Part shown: positions 45,979 to 59,942 of the stretch, in pieces | How positions within the stretch are numbered: the stretch's first letter is position 1 | How the letters are laid out: each line of letters begins with the position of its first letter | Assembly: GCA_044892505.1 (NCBI GenBank) | Contig: CM097882.1 | Coordinates: forward strand, 336,350,001 to 336,414,000 | Direction: 5' to 3' | Source of the DNA: Schmidtea nova | Lineage: Eukaryota | DNA: 64,000 nt | Notes under the pieces: model-generated | What the model saw: only the letters and a program-made list of their open reading frames with translations | What the model was told of the DNA's origin: nothing | Databases searched by the model: none | Position numbers and translations under genes: made by a program

Positions 45979-48354
45979 GGGGCATTAAAAAAAATAGCAT
46001 TTTTTTTCTTAAAAATAAAAAAAATAGCACTTTTTTTGAAATAATAAAAAATATAGCACTTTTTTTGAAATAATAAAAAATATAGCACTTTTTTTGAAAT
46101 AATAAAAAATATAGCACTTTTTTTGAAATAATAAAAAATATAGCACTTTTTTTGAAATAATAAAAAATATAGCACTTTTTTTGAAATAATAAAAAATATA
46201 GCACTTTTTTTGAAATAATAAAAATTATAGCACTTTTTTTGAATTGCAAAAAAGAGTTTGATGATTGTATGGCCAGTATCAAAGAAAAAAACTTGAATTT
46301 CTATGATAGATTAATTGCAAGCAATGTTGAGACCTGGGCTAACTCGGCTTTTCCCATTGCCAGATATGGGAAAAATACCAATAACCCAGCCGAGTCTATA
46401 AACTCTGCGATAAAGAAGTTCATCAGTTTAGACATATCTACCTTTATAATCCATCTAAATAATTATACGATGGAAAAATATGCAGAGAGAAAAAGCAAGA
46501 AATTTGATAGTCCAATAACAAAAAATTCTTATAGCATTTTAAACAAGAATATATCCAGAGGTCGATTAATGAATATTTTACGATCTAACAAGGATGTTTT
46601 TTTAGTTGATAATAAATACAAGGTAGATTTAGAGAGCAAAACATGTGAATGTAAAATAACCGAAGATGTGGGGATTCCTTGTGCGCATATGTGTTCCGTT
46701 TTAGAAAGTAATTATGTTGATCCCGTTAGTTTTGTCGCAAATGTTCATCTTAGTGAAACTTATTATAAACAATACTCCCAAAGTATTTTACCTTTGAGTT
46801 CGTTTAACATTGAAAAATCGGATCTTAAAGCTCCTATAATGAAAAAAGGTCGAGGAAGACCCAAAATTAAAAGAATCCGGGAATATGCAGAAAAATAGAA
46901 ATAAACCTTTATTTTTCGGCTTTTTTAAGAATTGTTTCTTCGTTAAATATATCCTTTCTGTATCTTTTTTAAAATGCGCTATTTATTTTATTGTTTTATA
47001 AAGTGTGCTATTTATTTTATTGTTTTATAAAGTGTGCTTTATTATTTCAAAAAAAGTGCTATATTTTTTATTATTTCAAAAAAAGTGCTATATTTTTTAT
47101 TATTTCAAAAAAAGTGCTATATTTTTTATTAATTCAAAAAAAGTGCTATATTTTTTATTATTTCAAAAAAAGTGCTATATTTTTTATTATTTCAAAAAAA
47201 GTGCTATATTTTTTATTATTTCAAAAAAAGTGCTATATTTTTTATTAATTCAAAAAAAGTGCTATTTTTTTTATTTTCAAAAAAAAAAGTGCTATTTTTA
47301 TAATTTTCCCTAATAAGGGGCATTAGTGAAACTTATTATAAACAATACTCCCAAAGTATTTTACCTTTGAGTTCGTTTAACATTGAAAAATCGGATCTTA
47401 AAGCTCCTATAATGAAAAAAGGTCGAGGAAGACCCAAAATTAAAAGAATCCGGGAATATGCAGAAAAATAGAAATAAACCTTTATTTTTCGGCTTTTTTA
47501 AGAATTGTTTCTTCGTTAAATATATCCTTTCTGTATCTTTTTTAAAATGCGCTATTTATTTTATTGTTTTATAAAGTGTGCTATTTATTTTATTGTTTTA
47601 TAAAGTGTGCTTTATTATTTCAAAAAAAGTGCTATATTTTTTATTATTTCAAAAAAAGTGCTATATTTTTTATTATTTCAAAAAAAGTGCTATATTTTTT
47701 ATTAATTCAAAAAAAGTGCTATATTTTTTATTATTTCAAAAAAAGTGCTATATTTTTTATTATTTCAAAAAAAGTGCTATATTTTTTATTATTTCAAAAA
47801 AAGTGCTATATTTTTTATTAATTCAAAAAAAGTGCTATTTTTTTTATTTTCAAAAAAAAAAGTGCTATTTTTATAATTTTCCCTAATAAGGGGCATTAGT
47901 GAAACTTATTATAAACAATACTCCCAAAGTATTTTACCTTTGAGTTCGTTTAACATTGAAAAATCGGATCTTAAAGCTCCTATAATGAAAAAAGGTCGAG
48001 GAAGACCCAAAATTAAAAGAATCCGGGAATATGCAGAAAAATAGAAATAAACCTTTATTTTTCGGCTTTTTTAAGAATTGTTTCTTCGTTAAATATATCC
48101 TTTCTGTATCTTTTTTAAAATGCGCTATTTATTTTATTGTTTTATAAAGTGTGCTATTTATTTTATTGTTTTATAAAGTGTGCTTTATTAAAGTGTGCTT
48201 TATTATTTCAAAAAAAGTGCTATATTTTTTATTATTTCAAAAAAAGTGCTATATTTTTTATTATTTCAAAAAAAGTGCTATATTTTTTATTAATTCAAAA
48301 AAAGTGCTATTTTTTTTATTTTCAAAAAAAAAGTGCTATTTTTATAATTTTCCC
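45979..48354 (+). mobile_element. Mutator-like (MULE) deletion derivative with tandem-repeat TIRs and a triplicated 3' end
   Basis: GGG...CCC ends in (TAA)n; 29-bp units AAAAAATATAGCACTTTTTTTGAAATAAT on the left and inverted on the right; 573-bp period with right ends at 47310, 47883 and 48354. Confidence 0.8.
46239..46898 (+). pseudogene. MULE transposase C-terminal fragment (catalytic E region, SWIM finger, AT-hook)
   Basis: RYGKNTNNPAESINS; CECKITEDVGIPCAH; GRGRPKIKR. Confidence 0.85.
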
Positions 48355-48368
48355 TAATAATAATAATG

Positions 48369-48414
<46 letters not shown>

Positions 48415-48611
48415 TAATAATAATAATAATATTTATTAAATCTCAGAAATAACACGATTTGCCTTTCCTGAAGAACAATCAGCTATGGTATACGTTTCGT
48501 CGTTTAACCATGCCACTTCAGGTCCTGGACAGGTTATATTTGATTAATTTCATTATAAAAACATGATATTTTTAAATTTTTACAAAAAAAAAACAATTAG
48601 AAAAGTTTTTA

Positions 48612-50237
48612 AAATTTAAAATGTATTATAATCAGATCTACACGCAATGTAATTGAAAATAATTCCAGGGCGCATGATTTTCTCAAATCGGTTAGCATTA
48701 ACAGGAGAATATATGTCCTCAGCTATCGCAGATTTTAAGAGGACGGGGAATGCAATCCATCGTTTTTACAGCTCCCGTCAGAATAACGCAGGTCAGCCGG
48801 GAATATCCCCAAACTTTGATCAATTTCATTATATAAACATGATATTTTTAAATTTTCACCAAAAAAAAAACAATTAGAAAAGTTTTTAAATTTTTAAATG
48901 TATTATAATCAGACCAAACTTGTTAAGATATGTGATGGTTACTGCAGACAAGTTGGGAAACATCAACAGCATAAATTATGATTTTATGTATCAGAGCCTT
49001 TTAATATATGCAGAAGTTCAAATGGTTCAAAAGAAAATATCTAGTCCATACATGCATTTTCATATCGGATGTCGAAATTGTCTAAGACAAATAGATTATA
49101 TATAATTGAATTCTGAAGCAGAGTACGAATTCAAAGATGTGTCACATCAAATAGAGAAAATGCTACCCACTAAGATACATATGAATAAGAGAATCTCGGT
49201 TATGTCTTCTGAAGAAAGGACTTTAGAAAACATAGATGCTATAGAATTATCCTATCAGATCGGTCGCAATTAAGGATTTTTGTGGGGTTTGAAATCTCAG
49301 GACCAAATGTCTGAATCTTCAGATTCAGCTATTTTCCTATGTGGTTTGGAAAAGAGTCATTCCTGATCCATACCTGAGGGGAATGTTGTTGGGTTTTATG
49401 AATGCGGCCGTGCTGAATGTGATTACACGACGTTTTAGTTCTATGACCATAGAGGCCCAACTCATACTAAAAGGCAGTATATATTTCATTATAGATCGAT
49501 TTATATCAGAAATTAATGTTGAATCTTTGTTCGAATTGGAAGACTTCTATAACTATATAACAATATAGTTATAGAAATGAATGAAGATACCAGTTAGATT
49601 TCGAATTAGGATTGAATAGGATTATTTTATAATCGAAAATGTTCCATTAATAAAACATATTTCGCAGCAAGAGCTTATTTTGTTATTTATTATTTTTATT
49701 TAACACCTAATGATGCTACCAAGGAATCTCCATTTTATACTCTCTAAAAGCCTGAAGCAGGCTCGAACCTTGGATTTACGCAATCTAGCTGAAATCAATA
49801 AAAAGATGGCAAAGTTATACATCCAAAGATACTTCCTGCGTTGTTGCTAAGAATCAAACGTGTATCCAACGACTATTGATAACATCTTTCTAGCGCTAAT
49901 ACAAAAGCAAAAGAAAAACAACATGCTAAAAGAAACCATTAAAGAACGTATCTTATCAAGTCTAATCAGTATCCTACATGGAAAAGTTCACCGACAAAGA
50001 AACTGTCATACAAGCATGTACACTTAAGCATCCAAGAGACTTAGCATACGAAGTACTGAGACATACGTTCGTAACAGCGAAGACACATCATTTTCTAAGA
50101 CTAAAAAGTAGATTCATTAACCTCTTAAGAAAGAATGAAGCAATAACAGGCCCCAATACGTACATAAATAAATCAGACAAGAATATATCCATTAAAAATG
50201 ATAAAACTTGTAACCGATCTTAAAAACAGCCTAACTA
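48612..50237. repeat. ~1.6-kb direct duplication, copy 2
   Basis: Matches 43392-45008. Confidence 0.92.
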
Positions 50238-51689
50238 ATTATTATTTTTATTATTATAAATATTATTTTTTTATAATTATTAATAATAATATTGTTATTC
50301 TTGGTTCAAATATACTTTAAAAGTTTGGAATTTGTTATTCCACGTGTTAATAATTAAGGCAAGTAAATATAGAGAAATATTGAGAATTCATCAATAAAAG
50401 TTACATAATAATTTATGACAAAAACGTTGATGATAAAATTACAAATTTTCAATTTTTGTAAAAAATTTTAGTTTTCATTTTAACTACGTTCATAAATAAA
50501 TTGAAAAATAAATATTTATTTCAATCAAAGGGAAATTTGATTTAAATCTCCAAGAGCCGAATAAAATCTTGTCAGTAGATTTTTTATAATCTAAACATTC
50601 GGATTTGAACCGAGGTTTTCACAAATACCTTTTAAGGATTCTAGCTCTGAATGGCACCTGTCTATTACACTTTTAATAGCATAGCGTGTTAATAGAAATG
50701 GATTATCTCTCAAATTATAGCGAGTAATATCTATTATGTTATCCGTATGATTTATCATTTTTACTACGTCTCTATTACAATGTCTCCGAAAGGTTTCACT
50801 TGTATAAAATCTATATAAACCCATATCAACATCAATAATATCTTTCACTAGCATTGGATCTCTGTGTCGTTCTCAAAGTATTTCAGTGACACACACGGTG
50901 GTACCATTTCTGAAGTTGTCTGATCGAAGAAATAAAATTTTGTAGCAAAAATTAAAAATTTTAAAAATTTCAAGTACCAAGGTCAAATTTGGTATCATTC
51001 GAAACACCTTCGCTACATGAACACGATGCTGTATAATTTCATACCCTATTTTAAACAACGACATAGTTAACAAACACATTGCCAAAATAATAAACAAAGT
51101 CATTGCAATCCATGTGCAATATTAACAAAGACATTGTAAAGGAAAAGATTTCTCTGTATTCGAGTTTCAGAGCGGAGTCAAGTAATGGGATTTAACGTTG
51201 TCTTCAGACATATCGATGTTTGTGAATATGTGAGTGTGAGAGTTTTAAGTGCGTGTGTTTGCCTCATTTTTGCGTTTTAAATAAATTAACTGATGTGGTT
51301 GTTGATGATGTTTATTTTTTTCTTTTGATTTGTGTTCTATACTCGTTTAATTTTTCAAATGTCAAGGGCGAAATGCCACATACTTTGGACAAGACTGACC
51401 TGACCGTCTTTTCTGTACTCGAGTATTAGAGCATTTTCAATTGGGGATTGTGGTTTTTGGTTTCAATCATTCTGTTGTTTATAAATATGGAAATATTTAT
51501 AATATATTCTTAAAAAAATATTTTTTTGTAAAAAGAGAATATTATATTTTTAAGATTAATTTATTTAAATTAAAAAAATTTTAATCACTTTAAATTTTTT
51601 GACTATTATATAAAATTTATAATATGCATTTTATTTTAAAAATTAATATTAGTTCGTTTGAAAAATCGATTTATTATAGTTTATTTTAG

Positions 51690-51982
51690 TTCCACGTCCC
51701 TTTATGGAAATTGGATGTGACACAATCGATATATCTAGAGATAAAGTTACTCAACATTTGGAATCGGAATTAGTGACTCACTTAAACAAGTTGAAGGACT
51801 TTATTCTCAAAGAGATGGATGATTTGAAAGTAAATGCAATATTTGACTTGATGTAGATAATACAGGAGGAAATTGCTGAATTGCAATTGCTGAATCAGCA
51901 ATACGTGAAGAGATTTGAGAATTTGGAAACGGATAATAAATTGTTAGAGGCCGAAATATATGATTTGACTTTAGCATTGTAA
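51690..51982 (+). pseudogene. TRAF-like zinc-finger end plus coiled-coil exon fragment
   Basis: After TTTTAG: PRPFMEIGC...QHLESELVTHL (TRAF CPF..GC...HL pattern), with an internal TAG; the coiled-coil part recurs at about 55370-55450. Confidence 0.55.
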
Positions 51983-52799
51983 ACGAATGAAGTTTGTCAA
52001 TAAATTGCAATATTAATTTTTATTGATCAATTTTGATTATTATTAAGATTGAAGTTGAACTTTTACATATTAAATTTAACGTTCACCGTGAAAATTTGAA
52101 GTTATTACCCATGAAAATTTGGAATTGCAAATAATAATTTGAGAGATCTATTGGATGGATTGAAATGTGATGTCGAGAGGAACCAGGTGATATATTGATG
52201 AAATAATTGATTATTTTACGCGGCAATATTTCAGCGGTCCATTCAAGGATGTACGAACAATGCGAATCAATAGATGAATAGTAAAGTATTCCTTAGCTGC
52301 AGTGGTCCATGCTATATTAATATTTATTGATCAATTTTGATTATTATCAAGATTGAAGTTGAACTTTTACATATTAAATTTAACGTTCACCGTGAAAATT
52401 TGAAGTTATTATCCATGAAAATTTGGAATTAGGAATTTAATTTGGAATTAGAAGATTTCCCATTTGCTGCCTCAAATATTGCAAACCAGATTTTTGGAGA
52501 TCCTTCTTTTCCTAGATAAAACTCTGGTAATTTCAGTTTTTCCACTGCGGAAACGCTTTCTAATCGATAATCTTCCGTCTCATTGGTTTTGATATCCATT
52601 TTTTCCAATTGTTAGGTTTTCTTCTGACACCATTTTGTTATGAATTCAAATATAAGATTTTCAATAATTTATTTATATCACACTTTGATTCTTTCCAAAT
52701 TTGAATTTCTACTTTACCTTTTCTTCTAGTTATTTAAACAAAAATAATTTATAATATATTTCTACAATATCATTTAATTATATAATAATAAAACACTAC

Positions 52800-53570
52800 A
52801 GGTGAGCCCAACGTGATAGAATTATTATCAGTATGCATATTTTCAATTATAAAAATAGCTTTTGGAACTCGATCAAAAGTAAAATTAGCGATTAAAATGG
52901 CAGAGGAGAATAATTTTATGCAAGATATCCCGCTTTACCTGTCAAGACATTTAGCGGAGATCCAGGAGATTTTCCATAGTTTATGTCAGAATATTATCAG
53001 ATGGCAAAGGCCTATGGATACCCAGACGCGATTAAGATACAAAGGTTACCGATATATTTAAAAGGTATGGCAAGGGAAAATTACGACGCTATTATGGCGT
53101 AACCGGTAGCTGATAAACCAAGCAAATGGGAAAAGATGAGAGAAGCACTAACAGCTAGAATATTACTGGGAGATTCAAGCAGAACTTTCCGACAAGAATT
53201 TTATCATAGAAACCAGAATGTAAATGAACATATGGGAGAAATATTGTATCAATTATTGTTGCTTCCGTTTGTAGAGCCTGAAATCTCCCACTGAATGTGA
53301 ATTTTAATATAAAAAGGGATGATGCAAATTCATCAGGCAAGATAAAGTTTCACGGATGTGGAAAATTCGGGCATATTTTGAGGTCGTCCTCAAAATCAGA
53401 GTAGTAACACAAATAATAGGACTATCAATAATGGTATGTCAACAAGCCGAAAAATACATCCATGGTCAATCAGGAAAAAAATTGACTTATTTGGAACAAC
53501 TGGAAATGGAAATTCAGGAGAAAATCGATTTGCACGGTAAATGGATCGCGACGATACAGTTTTTATGATT
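52800..53570 (+). pseudogene. gag: Degenerate Ty3/Gypsy gag with an upstream PBS-like motif
   Basis: KTFSGDPGDF...KIQRLPIYLKGMARENY...W...L...RTFRQEFYHRNQ with stops; GGTGAGCCCAACGTG at about 52801 resembles a tRNA-Lys PBS. Confidence 0.6.
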
Positions 53571-55992
53571 TCAGCTGAGAAAAATCACGCGGCTCACATA
53601 AATGTGGCAAGAAACAGTTTTGATGAAGTCAACTGAGAAGAATAATGAGGCTCACACAGATGGGCAAGGAACTGTTTTGATGATTTCATATAAGAAAAAT
53701 CATGATACTCACACAGATGAGCAAGGATATAGCGAACCCATGGATTCCAGCAGCGAGAATCGCGAGGAAGCAAAATCGGAAATTAATTCTGATAATGATA
53801 ACGAACCTAGTATGAGTACCATAATGAGCGAGTTCAACCAGGCTTTGTTCAAGGAAACAAAAGATAAAAAAGAGTCAGAGACCCTATCAAAATGTTTAAA
53901 ATTTGTGGATTCCAAATATAAGTAACAGCAGAGACTGACTCGAAAATAGAGGAATTATCACAAGGTGATATCAAGGATAACGAAATTGGAAAGATATTAC
54001 AGTTAATATCTCAGGTCGAAGACGATTCAAGGTATCATAGCGAGATACACAAAATCCTACGGAATACATGAACAGCAATGGAGCATGAATGGGATCTTCA
54101 GGATTCGCATTTAAATATAACACTTCCTCATAAGCAGGAGTTTAACATCGACATGAATGTAAGATGTCGAACAGACAAGTTGTCGAAAACAATGATGAAA
54201 TTAAAACATAATAGATATGATTATTATCTTTATGGAGAAAAGTCAGTGGTTGGGGTAACACTACTACAAAATATAATACAGTGATGCCTTGCATAACGTG
54301 CTTAATTCGTTCCAGAACAAGTTTCCTCATAACAATACATGTTAAACAATAGGATGCAGTCCGCTGTGTGGGTCGCGTAATGGACAAACTGAAAGTTCGA
54401 TATGCGCAGCTTTCGTTATTAATATTATTATACTAATTATTATTAATATAAATATAATTATTTATTATATTATCATTATTAATTATTTTATTGATTACGA
54501 TTACACCAACTGCCTTATAACTTTTATATAAGCAGTTGGTGTAATTTATTAAATTTTTTATTAAATTTTATATAAGATATTTTATTTTTAATATTATTTT
54601 AATTTTGATTATTATTAGAAATTATTTTTAAGGTTTAGATGAACTTTTTATTGTAAAAGGTAAGATTTTCAATTTCTTAAATATTTATAAAAATTGTTCA
54701 ATACATTCAATACAACTATTTTGATATAAATATATTCATTTTATTGTTATGAATAAATAAATAATGAGATAATTAAATAAATAATTGGAATTTAATAGGT
54801 AAAAAATAAATAACTATTAAATGTTATTATCAATAATATTATCGTTGTATTTATATATTTTTAATTATAACGGTAATTATTTATTTACTTTAACAAATTA
54901 TTATTTTATAATATTTGTAAATTATTATTTTTTATTTTTAAATTTATTAAGCAATTTATAGATGCATATGTTTATTTGTGAGATGCAGTTCAATGCAGTT
55001 AACATACAAAATGACTAAATGAAACTAAAATTCTCATTTGCCAGGCCTTAATTGCTGCCATAGTGACCGTTATAACTGACATTAATTCTTTGACCTTCAT
55101 ATGATTATTTGACTCAGCAATATTTCAGTGGGCCATTCAAGGATGTACGAACAATAGATTAATAGTAAAGTATTCCTTAGCTGCAGCGGTCCATGCAAGT
55201 GCTCCTCTATGTTGACAATGAAAATCAATTAAATCATTGTTGTTTATAATATGTTTTGTTTAAATGATATGATTTATTAAATTTTGACCTTTACTGGTCG
55301 CATATAATATGTATAAGTTTATTATTACTAATATATTTTTTAAAGTTTATTATTTTTATAATTGCAATTTTGCAATTGCTGAATCAGCAATATTTGAAGA
55401 GATTTGAGGATTTAGAAACGGAAAATAATGTTTTAGAAACTGAAACTAAAATGTTACTGGAAAAAATAAATAAATTGACTTATTATATGAAAACCATTAA
55501 AGTTTGTCAATAAATTGCAATAGAGATTATTATTAAGATTGGAATTAAATATGCAAATCGATGTAAATTAATACTAGAGGAAGATGAAGCCAGATATCCT
55601 TTGCGGTCCAAACAAAATGAAGCATCACGCAAAACAAAATTGAAACAGAAATTTACGAAAAATCCAACTCCAGTCAGCTATATTAATAAAATACTATTTG
55701 TAACAACAATGCTGATGTTATTAACAAGTGCGAATGGAAATAAAATTGATCTTCCATACACGGTAAACCAAATCCAAGTTATGGAAAAAATCGATATCTA
55801 CTCCACCATAACAAATATTGTATGGAGTTACCGATGCCAGATTACAGATCAAATAGAAATTATTAATTATGATAGAGACGTGTTTGCGGCCCGAAATGTA
55901 AAGCTAAATTTTAAATATCAATGGTTATTAAAACATAACGTGTCTGTAATGGTTATGTTTTATTGTTAATTATTATTTTTTTTATTTAGGGT

Positions 55993-56135
55993 ATAGAGAA
56001 CCCCCCCCTTTTCTTCTGTACAAAGAGATCGAAAATTTTCTACGGTTTTCGGCACATCTGCATCATAAAGTGTAAACACAATCCTACCAAGCTTTTTCTT
56101 ATCAACAGCTATGTCGAAGAAAATTTGTACCACCG
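55993..56135 (-). pseudogene. Cyclophilin (PPIase) 5' exon fragment
   Basis: [40 protein letters not shown]; no further exons recognised. Confidence 0.75.
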
Positions 56136-58989
56136 TATTGAGAAAATAAATACTGCTTTGACAGAAAAACAAGAAAGTTCTTTAATTAAAACAAAAGAAA
56201 ATATTAGAATTAGTTTTTCAAACAATTTGCAAAATAATATTATTTTTATTATTTAATAATTATTATTTAAATTCGATTTTCAAATTTGGGTTGCTATAGC
56301 AAAAGCTATAGTAAGCCAAATCGACAGAATAAAAAAAATCGATGGAATAAAAATTATATGAAAGAAGAAACAAAGTTTCCCAGATTTTGAAAGCATTAAT
56401 TGTAATTTATCGAAATAGAGAAATAGAAAGGATCGACGAAATAAAATAAATTAAAAACTTGGAAACCAACTCCAATATCAATCACCTAAGTCATCCACAA
56501 CCTTTCGGAACGAAATTTTACAATTACTGAAATTAACAAACTACATCCTTTGAATATACAGACGGAAATTTGCAATTATTGAAATTTGTAATTACTGAAA
56601 TTTGCAAACAAGTCGCCTTTATCTGTTTATTTGATCAACTCCTCGATACCACATCGCCGCCAACTTCCGAACCGGACTTGTCTGAATTTACGCGAGTAAT
56701 CGGTTATTGAAAATATAGAGTTTATTGTTGCTGGTTGTTTTTATTGTTTCAAATATTTATCTCATTTTTATTGTTAATTTGTGCACCACATAACAATCAC
56801 CCCGAGTGTCTCCACACGACCTTTTTTTTATTGGAAGACTCTCTCGGGCTCTACAAATATTTCTAAGATATTCGCACCCTATACACATTAATAGTTCACA
56901 TAAATAATATACCCTATTCCATCCTCCATAGGCCATAATAGTGTCAAACTGGTATACGCAAATTCCTATAGAAGTTCAAACGAAAGAACTACGGAATTTA
57001 ATCGAGATAGAGCCAGTGATAAATGGAATCAAAGTATATTGGAATCCGGTCAATTTAGTTAAGGTGCAAATCACATTTCAGAGCGTAAATGTCAACACAC
57101 TCAATTCGCTTCTCAAGGAAAATGAAATTAGTCTCTAAGCAGATGCGAATCAAGTGAGAATTTACCCGAAAACTAGCGGCCCAAATTGATCATCTCAATG
57201 AACTATAAGAACTAGACCTTTTAAATGAAAATATGTTAATTTAATGTAAATAAAAGTATCAGTTCAAACCCTCGAGTTGAGTTATTTCTCGAATCGTAAT
57301 AAATTTGCTAAGGTAACAAGTTCCGATGTTTCTGTGTCGCCTGGGGTTAGAACTTTTCTAGTAACCATAAGACAAGAGTAACAGAAGTTAACAAGTGTCT
57401 GAAGGACCACACATAGTAATGACGGCGTAAGACCTTCCATCGGCAGCGCGAACTCGTTGAGGAAAGTAAATGGAGAGTAGTTTCGGCGACGAGGCTCACC
57501 TGTACATCATCTTTCCGCTTCTGTATGCAATTCCAACCCAACTAGTAAGGGAATGGTTAGGGGCTAACGAGTGTGTTAGTTGTATTTTATGTAAGGTTAT
57601 GGGTGAGGAATACCTAGCACACATGTTTAAGTTTTTGAAAACCTACCCATAAACCCATCAATATAATAAAATCAAATGAAATTCAGTTTTATATTTGATA
57701 TTGGATTGTATTGATGGTCGTTGTTGTCCTCTTTGTCTATATACATGTTTATCCAATATCTGTTAACTCCTATTTCATAATATTTCAGTTTTATTGTTTT
57801 TAATATTTTTACATCTTCCAACATAGTCAAAAAAACCACTTTTTAGAGAAACTATCGGAACTCATTTTAAGCAACTAAGAAACACTCGTGGAAGACAACC
57901 GTTTTAGTACTCACTGACAGAACCGATTTTCTATAACTCTTGTGTGAATCTATTGGAGTACCAGAGACCCTAGAAAAATTTGAGATACGGCAATAGGAAT
58001 GATTTGTGGCGGGCAGGATCTATATATTATTTATTAATTTTATTTCCATTTTCTTACGATTTTAGTCCTATAACAACTTTTGTTAAATATCATGTTCTCA
58101 ATAGAATTTGTTTATCATAATTTCATTTTATAATTTTCTAACTAAATCAATGCAAAGAAGTAAAATATATAATTCTTTTGTTAAAAACTTCTTCCATACC
58201 GGCCAAATCGACTTGAGCGCTTAAACGTAGCGTACCGAGGAAGGTAGGCCAAAGTAAATCCCTGGGGAAAGTTGACTGTTCTCCTGGTCCATGTCTATAC
58301 GATGAGAAACTCACACATCCTTGTTCGCCTCATACCATGCGAAGATGGACGGCTTCGTTAAGAGTAAGGACTTTTTCAAACTAATGTTTTATTTTTTTAA
58401 TTAATTTATAGCATGCAAAAAATGTATAAAACGAAAACAACATTTATAAAGGAATTGATAGAATACAAACGATTTACGAGAAGTTTAGACAACAGATCTA
58501 TTTTGAATATATACCTGTAGGATCATAAAATTTCTTTTAACTCAAATGATATAACAATTGGCAATAAAAACAATTCATGGTGATTGCTATTCAAATAAAA
58601 CATTTTCTAAATCATTAGATTTAACCACTATATACAGAACAAACTCTATCAATTTAGAAATGCTGATCAAATATGCTAATCATGCACAAATAATGGTTAA
58701 TCCGAAAGTTTCGTCTACAAATCTAACCTCTAACTCATCTTTAATATTACCAGATTCCCGTACTGATATAATTAATTTATTTCATGTTCAAAAATGATGT
58801 TAAACTGAAAATGAACCTAACCAAAACTTTTATTTATTATTTTATTTATTTGCATTCACATCTCGACAAAACTTTAGAGGTATTTTTTCAGTTTTGAAAC
58901 CCAGACTACATTAACACATTGATAATTCATTATACACGGTTATATTTTCTTAACCCTGTCATTAAATTGACTTTATCATAAAAAAAAAA

Positions 58990-59250
58990 CCCTCCCAAGA
59001 CAAGCACATAAAAGAAAATCAGAGACAGAGAAGCAGCAATTACAGTCGTCTTAAAGATATCAGCCTTTTCACTGTCATAATGATATTATTGCGTCAATCA
59101 AACTTGAAAAATATTAAAATTCAGCTGAGTAGCCTTAGACGAATCACCTATGAAAACACAAATCTTAAGATCAGTATTCGATGATCCAGTCTATGATCAA
59201 CCCCAATCCCGAAATATCTACAGCAACCGCAAATTTTTAATATAAACTGA
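58990..59250 (+). pseudogene. Decayed homolog of the 3' third of the membrane-protein ORF 16328-17152
   Basis: TCAGAGACAGAGAAGCAGCAATTACAGTCGT...CTTTTCACTGTCATAATGAT...ACGAATCACCTATGAA...AAGATCAGTATTCGATGATCCAGT aligns to 16878-17090; frameshifted. Confidence 0.8.
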
Positions 59251-59324
59251 ATATATACTTAACGTATTTCAAATTTTTATAAAATTTGTTATCGAAAATT
59301 AGTCTCACTCTAAGATCGCCTTAC

Positions 59325-59325
59325 A

Positions 59326-59403
<78 letters not shown>

Positions 59404-59463
59404 CATTACATTATTATTATTTTTATATATTATTATTATCAATACATTATTATTATTTTTATA

Positions 59464-59517
<54 letters not shown>

Positions 59518-59520
59518 CAA
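59325..59520. repeat. (TAA)/(TAT) microsatellite with an internal strand switch
   Basis: A TAATAA run turns into a TTATTA run at about 59357. Confidence 0.9.
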
Positions 59521-59527
59521 TAATTCT

Positions 59528-59942
59528 CATAATGATGACTATAGATCAAAAATTTTTTTTAAACAATACCACAATATTTCGGCACAGCCTTTATCAACTT
59601 GTTAAAGGCTGTGCCGAAATATTGTGGTATTCTTTAAAAAAAAATTTTGATCTATAGTCATCATTATGNNNNNNNNNNNNNNNNNNNNNNNNNNNNNNNN
59701 NNNNNNNNNNNNNNNNNNNNNNNNNNNNNNNNNNNNNNNNNNNNNNNNNNNNNNNNNNNNNNNNNNNNNNNNNNNNNNNNNNNNNNNNNNNNNNNNNNNN
59801 NNNNNNNNNNNNNNNNNNNNNNNNNNNNATGACTATAGATCAAAATTTTTTTTTATAAACAATAACACAATATTTCGGCACAATTGTGCCGAAATATTGT
59901 GTTATTGTTTATAAAAAAAAATTTTGATCTATAGTCATTATG
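59528..59942. repeat. Two palindromic hairpin units flanking an N-gap; a half copy at about 62535-62637
   Basis: About 65-bp arms ...ATATTTCGGCACAGCCTTT / AAAGGCTGTGCCGAAATAT...; the second unit is centred on GGCACAATTGTGCC. Confidence 0.8.

Noticed and set aside
58200-58380. Minus-strand AWYEANK and FPQGFT resembling a Helitron Rep segment
   Set aside because: The two short motifs are separated by a stop, with no other Rep or helicase motifs nearby.
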